Part shown: piece after piece, positions 18,200-24,597 of the stretch
Numbering within the stretch: the first letter of the stretch is position 1
Layout of the letters: the number at the start of each line of letters is the position of its first letter
Virus record (IMG/VR): IMGVR_UViG_3300017780_003492
Span: 1-24,597 of that record
Direction: 5' to 3' (one strand)
Length of the DNA stretch: 24,597 bases
Origin: a virus
Taxonomy: Duplodnaviria > Caudoviricetes
Program-made: the position numbers and the translations under genes
Notes under the pieces: generated by a model
The model's input: the letters and a program-made list of their open reading frames with translations, nothing else
The model's database searches: none
What the model was told of the DNA's origin: nothing

Positions 18200-18920
18200 T
18201 AAATGTAACCAATTCTCCTGACGGGGCGTAAGTTTGTCTTGTTAAGTCAATTTGGGGAACATTGTCTTTTAAATATTTTTTAATATATTTAGAATCCATA
18301 ATTGGTAATGTTGAAACGAATTGAGATATTGAACCGATATCTTCATTACCATCAACTGACACAATTTCTTTATTTAAACGAGTAGTTATAATTGGAACTG
18401 TTATACCTTTAGGGTATTTTTCACCTAATTTATCCATTTCTACAGTATCAAAAAATGTAATAGGTTTTAATTTAACCATCGCACCTGTTTTAGGAAGTTT
18501 AGTTGTAAATGTTCCGTCAGAATCTGGTTTAATTGTAGTTTCTTTTAATGACAAATTATCAACTATTTCAGTGTGTTCAAAAATTTTATTTGTCTTAGGG
18601 TCAATTAAATTTAACCTATATTCAGGACCAAATGATGAATTTCGTAAAAACAATAAAATAGCCTCAACATCAGATTCTATTAATTCTTCAGGTCTTAAAT
18701 CATGTTCATATAATTTATTTCTTAATAATGACATAACAATATGTTCTTTATTATTGTTACTCATTAAATAATTCTCATCATTTGCCGTTAAATAACCTAC
18801 CTTAACTGAAGTTTTTTTACTTTTATAAAAAATACCTTGTGTCGGTAATTTAACAACATCGTGAGGTAAATTGAAATTTTCAGTGGCAGCTCTTAAAACA
18901 TTTTCATCCATCATTTCCAT
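18159..18920 (-). CDS. Baseplate hub / tail assembly chaperone (T4 gp26-like)
   Basis: VKLPTQGIFY, VGYLTANDE, DVEAILLFLRNSSFG and a duplicated KLPKTG..VKLKPIT motif; lies between tube and TMP genes. Confidence 0.72.
   Translation of the reverse strand: MEMMDENVLRAATENFNLPHDVVKLPTQGIFYKSKKTSVKVGYLTANDENYLMSNNNKEHIVMSLLRNKLYEHDLRPEELIESDVEAILLFLRNSSFGPEYRLNLIDPKTNKIFEHTEIVDNLSLKETTIKPDSDGTFTTKLPKTGAMVKLKPITFFDTVEMDKLGEKYPKGITVPIITTRLNKEIVSVDGNEDIGSISQFVSTLPIMDSKYIKKYLKDNVPQIDLTRQTYAPSGELVTFSVSFGVDFFRPFF
18171..18182 (-). other. Candidate programmed +1 ribosomal frameshift site GAC TTT TTT CGA
   Basis: In-frame Phe-Phe-Arg(CGA) just before the stop; a +1 slip gives TTT TTC GAC in the frame of ORF 18014-18199. 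Confidence 0.6.
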
Positions 18921-18975
18921 AATATTCTTTTTTTCTTAAATATAATTTACTTTTTTTTTATATAAAGTAATGAAT

Positions 18976-19008
18976 AAAAAAATCCACGTAAATCAAATTA
19001 CGTGGATT
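18976..19008 (-). terminator. Intrinsic terminator downstream of tail tube gene
   Basis: AATCCACGTAA (18981-18991) and TTACGTGGATT (18998-19008) form a perfect 11 bp stem, followed by a T run on the minus strand. Confidence 0.85.
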
Positions 19009-19029
19009 AATACTATTATATTTGTTGAA

Positions 19030-19518
19030 TTAGTATACTAATATACAACGGTCAGGACGTAATGTCGCGTTAATCTCAGCGATACCATCAGTTGAATAAC
19101 CTAATGAACCAAAGTCAATATTCTGTAACCAAGCACCTTCTAAAATCCATTTCTCAACAACAACACCTGTCGGGTCTAATAATTCCAAGTCAACATTTTT
19201 CTTATAACCTGCAGCATAACCCATACGACCTGTTACTGACTCAGCACATAAACGAACCCACTCCATCAATGCTTGTGACGCTGAAGGACCAATCGGGTCT
19301 CTAAATTTAACCGAAATTTCACCCCAAGTAAAACGACCCGCAACATATGTTGAAGTGTTTAAGAATTGAATCTCAGTTGAGTTTATAGTTAATTTAGGTC
19401 TTGATGTACTTTCTACGAACCATTCGTTAATCCCCAAACTTGAAGGGAATCTCATTATAAACCTATTTTGTCTTTTAGGTTCATATGGTATCGGCATTTT
19501 CATTAATAAATCAGCCAT
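19030..19518 (-). CDS. Tail tube protein (T4 gp19-like)
   Basis: 162 aa; YEPKRQNRF, YVAGRFTWGEISVKFRD, LMEWV, YKKNVDLELLDPTGVVVEKWILEGAW. Confidence 0.9.
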   Translation of the reverse strand: MADLLMKMPIPYEPKRQNRFIMRFPSSLGINEWFVESTSRPKLTINSTEIQFLNTSTYVAGRFTWGEISVKFRDPIGPSASQALMEWVRLCAESVTGRMGYAAGYKKNVDLELLDPTGVVVEKWILEGAWLQNIDFGSLGYSTDGIAEINATLRPDRCILVY

Positions 19519-19554
19519 CTTATCTTTTTTTTAATTTTTATGTTTATTTTTGTA

Positions 19555-19562
19555 TATAAATA
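19555..19562 (-). promoter_or_regulatory. Putative late promoter motif TATTTATA
   Basis: 36 nt upstream of the tube ATG; further copies at 19625-19632 and 19664-19671. Confidence 0.5.
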
Positions 19563-19581
19563 GTCTTTTAAATATTTTCTA

Positions 19582-19610
19582 TTGACTTTTATTTTTATTA
19601 TTTTTATATT
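19582..19610 (+). promoter_or_regulatory. Antisense sigma70-like promoter (TTGACT-N17-TATATT)
   Basis: TTGACT at 19582-19587, 17 nt spacer, TATATT at 19605-19610 on the + strand; no + strand gene follows. Confidence 0.45.
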
Positions 19611-19740
19611 TCTAGTAATCCAGTTATAAATATCTAGTTAATTATTTTAATATCTTAATTTATTATAAATAGCTTATTATTTTATTAATAATTAAATTTT
19701 CTAGTAAAGACTCGGAGTCTGCTTCATTGTTAAGTCTAGT
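19611..19740. repeat. Four TCTAGT direct repeats and a 13 bp palindrome in an AT-rich tract
   Basis: TCTAGT at 19611, 19633, 19700 and 19735; AGACTC-G-GAGTCT at 19708-19720. Confidence 0.55.
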
Positions 19741-20619
19741 TATAACAATTTTTTTCATACCACCTTCAGACGTATCTTTAACAACAAAATGTATTTCAGG
19801 ATAAACTCTTGAAAGTTCATCTTCTATGTGTTGAACCATACTTCTAACATTACTTATGTCGTCATCGGAAAATCCTAAAGAAACTGAACCATATTTACCA
19901 CTATCAATTAATCTTCCGACTTTATAATATACTTGGTCTAAAAAGTCTGATAATGCTAATTTTTTATTATGTTCAGGACTAGACGCACCTTTACTTGAAT
20001 CTAATTTAAATCGTTGACCGAATTCTTTTGACGATACAGGATAGTACTCACCTTTTTCATCTAAATACACATCAAGTAATTGATTGTTATCTAAATCACC
20101 TGATTTGTAGTATCCACCAATTTCATCAAAGTCTAAAACATCTTTAATGTTATTAACCATTTCTTGTTTTTCTTCCGGTGTTAATGCAATGTTGATAAAT
20201 AATCTAACACCTTTTTTAATAACTTTTGGACTATGACCTCTAGCGGTAATAATTGAAAATGGATTTGCATAAATTAATGTCTCTTTAAAATTTTCAAAAC
20301 TTGGGGAAAACTTATTTTTCTTAACCGCCTTTAAAGTATCACTTAAAAATGTTTCAGGATGTGTAAAATCTCTAAACGGGTCTTCGTCAAAACCAACAAT
20401 TTTTGAGTCTTCATATTCAAAAGGTTCTTTACCTATTAAATGTCTGTATTCGGCAAAATGGTCCGTTGGCATTCCAATTGAATTACCTTCTTCATCTTTT
20501 AAATATATTTTGGTTGGCATACCTAAGATATTATCGTCCCAATCTAAAGCGTATAATCTTAAATTTCTTTTTTCGGCAACCTCTTTTAATATTTTTTTAA
20601 TTAAATTTCTATTACTCAT
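19663..20619 (-). CDS. HAD-superfamily hydrolase-like protein (putative phosphatase)
   Basis: Motif I YALDWDDNI, motif II FSIITARG, motif III Lys (HNKK) and motif IV LGFSDDD occur in canonical order. Confidence 0.7.
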   Translation of the reverse strand: MSNRNLIKKILKEVAEKRNLRLYALDWDDNILGMPTKIYLKDEEGNSIGMPTDHFAEYRHLIGKEPFEYEDSKIVGFDEDPFRDFTHPETFLSDTLKAVKKNKFSPSFENFKETLIYANPFSIITARGHSPKVIKKGVRLFINIALTPEEKQEMVNNIKDVLDFDEIGGYYKSGDLDNNQLLDVYLDEKGEYYPVSSKEFGQRFKLDSSKGASSPEHNKKLALSDFLDQVYYKVGRLIDSGKYGSVSLGFSDDDISNVRSMVQHIEDELSRVYPEIHFVVKDTSEGGMKKIVITRLNNEADSESLLENLIINKIISYL

Positions 20620-20622
20620 ATC

Positions 20623-20630
20623 TATAAATA
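20623..20630 (-). promoter_or_regulatory. Putative late promoter motif TATTTATA
   Basis: Between the sheath terminator and ATG 20619, only 3 nt from the start codon. Confidence 0.45.
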
Positions 20631-20639
20631 TTATTATAT

Positions 20640-20669
20640 AAAAAAAAGGGAGAACTAGTCTCCCTTTTT
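20640..20669 (-). terminator. Intrinsic terminator downstream of tail sheath gene
   Basis: AAAAAGGGAGA-ACTAG-TCTCCCTTTTT hairpin with A/T runs on both sides. Confidence 0.85.
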
Positions 20670-20685
20670 ATTTTAGAGTTGTTTG

Positions 20686-23600
20686 TTATATGTTTTCAAA
20701 CGATGCTCCTGTTGGTGTGATGTAGAATGTGATATCAATGAACTCTAAAGATTTAGTTGGTTTAATGTAAATCTTACCTGTCATTTGATTTCTATCTAAA
20801 TCAGCAGCGTCTGATGAAACTGTTACTCGGAAATCATAAAGACCTCTATCTCTTCTGATTGAATCCAAGATTGGGTTAACAGCATCTAAGAAATCTTGTC
20901 TTACTTTTTGGTCGTTTTGTTCAAACAACAATCTCACTGAAACCGCTGAAATCAATTTACGAGCCTGTAATAACAATCTTCTTACGTTTATTCTGTCTAA
21001 CGCTGACTCTCTGATTTGAAGTGTTTTGTTACCCCAAATTACAGTACCTACGTCTGAGAATGTTGCGATAGGGTTAATTCTACCTTTATATAAAGTATCT
21101 CTATCTTCTTGAGTTAATTTTTTACGAGCTTTAATTGCATTTACAATACCTCTTGTATAACCCGCAGCTGCGAACCAAGGGAATGCGATATTATCTGTCA
21201 ATGCTAAGTTTCTCGTTACCTCAGCCGTTGCCGGTAAATAGATTTGTGTGTTATTAACACTATCTCTTGTTAATACCCAAGGGTAGTAAGTAGCCGTGTA
21301 GTTTGAATCAATACCTGTGTTTTCTAAATTATCAATCGCCTCTTGAGGGTAGATTAAATCCGTAGAATCACCTAATGTTGATGTAAACATATTATAGTCA
21401 GGTGTTGTACAAATATAAACTGAATCCGCTCTATCGTTCTCAACCATATCAATTGCACTCTCAACTAAATCAGAATGATTAACATAATCAATACCTGGAG
21501 TTACAAATACATTAATATTTACCGCTTCAGGGTTAGCAAAACTTCTTTGACCTAACAAATATGCGTAGTAGTCTGTGTTAGCCCAATCTATTGTGTTATC
21601 ACCTACAGTAATTTGTTTAAACGCTCCCCATCCTGTAGCAGTTGGGTATTTAGTTGAAGGACAAGACCCTTTCAAATAACCACTTCTACCTAACACAAAT
21701 CTATCAAGGTTAGTTCTATATTCTCTATAGATATCCCACCCATCAAAACCTCCTTGGAAAGAAATTGTAAATTTACGTGCAAATAATTTATAATATGGGT
21801 TAGACTCATTTTGAGGGTCAGAACTAAAGTTAGCAACACCGTAGTAGAAAGCTTCAGTAGGAACTGTTATTGCTGACATCACATATTTATTTTCTTGTGG
21901 TTCAAAAACTTTCTCGTAGAATGTATTATTAATAGTTATAGCTGACGCTCTATTATCCATATGGAAACCTTTTGTTTTAGTATCCCACAACGCACCTGTT
22001 GTTTGTGTACAAATATCTAATGGTAATTGTTTACCTTTGTAAGATGAAAAATCAACATCAAAACCAATTGTATCTGAAATACCTAAATAAGTTCTTCTAA
22101 CATTATCACCCGGACTCTTAGTTGAATCGTCACCACCTGATGGTAAACCAAATGGTGGGTTATAAGTTACTTCACCTGGATAGTCGTATTTAGTTTTAAA
22201 TATTGGGAAAGGTGAACGATGACCTGCATAAGTTTTTGTGTTATATCCTTCAAAACCACAAGGTAATGAATCAATCGGTGCTTCTTCATTAACCTCAACC
22301 ATAATATATTTAGAGTTTAATTGATATTCACCATCCGAAGTACCTATTTTTTTAGCGATATAACTATTATCATTTGGATTCATAGAACAATTAGTGAACT
22401 TCTCAATTACTTGAGGTGCAGCATCTGTGTCAAAATAATCTCTAAGTATAACGTCAAAAGTACCATTTCCAAATGAAATGTTTGCAATTGAAACTTTAAC
22501 TTCAATATTTGCATCATTACCGTCTGAAATTGTTGTAAACTTAAATAAGTTATATACGTTAGTACCTCTTATCTCAGAAACAACCCAAGGTGTTTTTGGT
22601 GTTTGATATTGTTCTAAATAAAAACCTATTGAAGATGGGTCATTACCTTGTCTAGCATTAGGTAGTTTAACTAAACTAGTGTGTAGACCTCTAATATAAC
22701 CTTTTCTCCAACCATAATTTAATAATGTTTGATATCTTTCTTCAACAAATAATGGAACTGATTTTCTATCTTTAGAGAAATTACTTGAACCAAATACTTT
22801 ACTAATATATCTTGAATCCGAATTTGTGAATGACGTTTGGAATGATAATGATTCGTTATCTTTATTAGTTACATTAATAACAAACGTTGAATATGGATTT
22901 TTAGATACACCTGAATATACACCTGACATATCTAATGTCACACCTGTAAGGTAGTCTTGAACTTCATAAACAGCACCCGCTCCGTCAGAATTAAGACCTC
23001 TTGAACGTAACGTCGCTATTACTAAATCATCAAATTCTTTAAACGATTCACCAACAAACTCAACTTGGTTACCTACAATTGTTCCTGAGAAACAATTAAC
23101 AGTAACACCAGGGTCTAAAGTACCCACATTACATACTGTTGTTGGATTACAAACATCTGTGTGTTTAACATTAACAACAAAGTTATTAATTACTGAATTA
23201 CTTGATGATGTTAATGTATATGTTTTACTACCACCTGAAAAACTATTAGCGGTTACATTTGAAACTTGTGAAGTTGCACCAATTTTAACAGTAGACGCAC
23301 AAGAACTAAAAGTTGAAACTAATGTTGAACTTCCTGTGAATTGAACATTATCAGGTAAAACTACTGTTATTATTTTACTATTGTAATCAATACATCCTGT
23401 ACTTGAACTTATAGTTGAAGCTGAGAATGTTGCGTTATTATCACCACCTGTAATTGTTATCACATCACCAACTTCGTATCCTGACCCTGCGTTATTGATA
23501 GTAATTGATGTTATTGAGTCACCATCAGTTGTGTAATTAACTGTTAACCCAACACCACCACCTGTTGATGTTGTTTCTACATTAGTTACGGGTGTTGATA

Positions 23601-24543
23601 CATAGTTACTACCATCATTTATTGTAGTTGAACTAGTTACATGACCATTAATACTATAATTGTAGAATGACGCACAAGTTGAAGATGTTGATGTTTGTGT
23701 TAATCCGGTTACATAGTTATAAAAAGATGAACCTGTGTATTGACCACCACCGATGTTATCAAACATTGCGTAATACCAAGCGTCGTTAACAGGGTCAGCA
23801 TAGTTTATATTATCAGAATTCATATCACTAACTTGGAATACATCTGTTCTTGCTGAATAACCATTGTTAGTATTAGCACTGTAGAAAGTTCCAGGAACCG
23901 CACCATAATAATAAATTGATGAAGCCGATAAACTTGGTGTATTCATAATTGAAAACACTTGTGTTCTGATATTTTCATCAAGAGTACTAACAGTACCGTC
24001 AAAATTCTCATAAGGTAAATTTAATTTACTTAATAATGAACCCGGTAATGAACTTGTTGTTAATATAATACTATTTGATGATGACGTACAACCTGTGAAA
24101 TTCATAGTGAATTGTGTATCTTGATAATCAGTACAAACTATTTCACAATTAGTTGTTGCACTTGTAATACAAACTCTATCAATGGTTGATGGGTCAACAT
24201 TTGCTTTTGTGACGATAGACCAAGATGGACCTGCGTCGTAACCCGAAAGACCTAAAACTCTTGTCACAAACAATTGGTTAGATTGTTGTAAATAAGATTT
24301 TGCAATATAAGCTGACTCATATTTAGGAATTTGGGTGTTTACAAATTTCTCAGGTGAAGTTCCTCCAAAGAAAGTTGAGAATTCGTCATAGTTACGGATA
24401 AAGATTGGTTCGAATGCGGGACCTTTTAAAGTCTCACCAACGATACCCAATGTAGTTACCCCTACACTTTGAGATACGAAACTCAAATCAACTTCAGAAG
24501 TGTAAACACCTGGCGAAACGAATACTTTACTGTTTGTTGCCAT
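20686..24543 (-). CDS. Contractile tail sheath protein (T4 gp18-like), enlarged
   Basis: N-terminal FVSPGVYTSEVDLS...GETLKGPAFEP...LFVTRV. C-terminal ATYYPW, PWFAAAGYTRG, LYKGRINPI, IWGNKTL, LDRINVRRLL, LFEQND, IKPTKSLEFI. Confidence 0.95.
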   Translation of the reverse strand: MATNSKVFVSPGVYTSEVDLSFVSQSVGVTTLGIVGETLKGPAFEPIFIRNYDEFSTFFGGTSPEKFVNTQIPKYESAYIAKSYLQQSNQLFVTRVLGLSGYDAGPSWSIVTKANVDPSTIDRVCITSATTNCEIVCTDYQDTQFTMNFTGCTSSSNSIILTTSSLPGSLLSKLNLPYENFDGTVSTLDENIRTQVFSIMNTPSLSASSIYYYGAVPGTFYSANTNNGYSARTDVFQVSDMNSDNINYADPVNDAWYYAMFDNIGGGQYTGSSFYNYVTGLTQTSTSSTCASFYNYSINGHVTSSTTINDGSNYVSTPVTNVETTSTGGGVGLTVNYTTDGDSITSITINNAGSGYEVGDVITITGGDNNATFSASTISSSTGCIDYNSKIITVVLPDNVQFTGSSTLVSTFSSCASTVKIGATSQVSNVTANSFSGGSKTYTLTSSSNSVINNFVVNVKHTDVCNPTTVCNVGTLDPGVTVNCFSGTIVGNQVEFVGESFKEFDDLVIATLRSRGLNSDGAGAVYEVQDYLTGVTLDMSGVYSGVSKNPYSTFVINVTNKDNESLSFQTSFTNSDSRYISKVFGSSNFSKDRKSVPLFVEERYQTLLNYGWRKGYIRGLHTSLVKLPNARQGNDPSSIGFYLEQYQTPKTPWVVSEIRGTNVYNLFKFTTISDGNDANIEVKVSIANISFGNGTFDVILRDYFDTDAAPQVIEKFTNCSMNPNDNSYIAKKIGTSDGEYQLNSKYIMVEVNEEAPIDSLPCGFEGYNTKTYAGHRSPFPIFKTKYDYPGEVTYNPPFGLPSGGDDSTKSPGDNVRRTYLGISDTIGFDVDFSSYKGKQLPLDICTQTTGALWDTKTKGFHMDNRASAITINNTFYEKVFEPQENKYVMSAITVPTEAFYYGVANFSSDPQNESNPYYKLFARKFTISFQGGFDGWDIYREYRTNLDRFVLGRSGYLKGSCPSTKYPTATGWGAFKQITVGDNTIDWANTDYYAYLLGQRSFANPEAVNINVFVTPGIDYVNHSDLVESAIDMVENDRADSVYICTTPDYNMFTSTLGDSTDLIYPQEAIDNLENTGIDSNYTATYYPWVLTRDSVNNTQIYLPATAEVTRNLALTDNIAFPWFAAAGYTRGIVNAIKARKKLTQEDRDTLYKGRINPIATFSDVGTVIWGNKTLQIRESALDRINVRRLLLQARKLISAVSVRLLFEQNDQKVRQDFLDAVNPILDSIRRDRGLYDFRVTVSSDAADLDRNQMTGKIYIKPTKSLEFIDITFYITPTGASFENI

Positions 24544-24580
24544 TATTTTTTTGTTTTTTTCTAAAAAGATTTATTTATTT

Positions 24581-24588
24581 CATAAATA
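24581..24588 (-). promoter_or_regulatory. Putative late promoter motif TATTTATG
   Basis: 37 nt upstream of the sheath ATG. Confidence 0.4.
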
Positions 24589-24597
24589 TTCAGAAAA

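Noticed and set aside
4837-23344. Remaining short + strand ORFs and the nested minus-strand ORF 13354-13698
   Set aside because: All lie within long, motif-supported minus-strand genes and have no recognisable motifs; expected shadow ORFs.
3980-24543. Bacterial eCIS/tailocin/T6SS locus instead of a phage
   Set aside because: Directly linked to gp32-like SSB, UvsX-like recombinase and a stand-alone 5'-3' exonuclease, with phage-like late motifs. No eCIS ATPase or T6SS membrane genes are seen.
1-24597. Stop-codon reassignment (alternative genetic code)
   Set aside because: Genes are full-length and densely packed under the standard code, and TGA and TAA end genes at sensible positions.

Overview
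AT-rich segment of a large contractile-tailed (myovirus-like) phage genome; every credible gene is on the minus strand. In transcription order (right to left): enlarged tail sheath (1285 aa), a HAD-family hydrolase-like gene between sheath and tube, tail tube, a tail/baseplate assembly chaperone with an overlapping Met-less ORF joined by a probable +1 frameshift (TTT TTT CGA), tape measure, a 1677 aa baseplate/tube-initiator protein that appears interrupted by an OmpA-like domain, a LysM/gp53-like wedge protein, a 2234 aa baseplate hub, two hypotheticals, and a replication/recombination block (gp32-like SSB, RecA/UvsX-like recombinase, 5'-3' exonuclease truncated at the window edge). Two regulatory classes separate cleanly. 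Structural genes carry a sense-strand TATTTAT(A/T/G) motif, the reverse complement of the T4 late promoter, while SSB and RecA have sigma70-like -35/-10 promoters. Four intrinsic terminators are visible, plus an antisense promoter with TCTAGT repeats between the tube and HAD genes. All product calls come from motif recognition and gene order; no database search was run.
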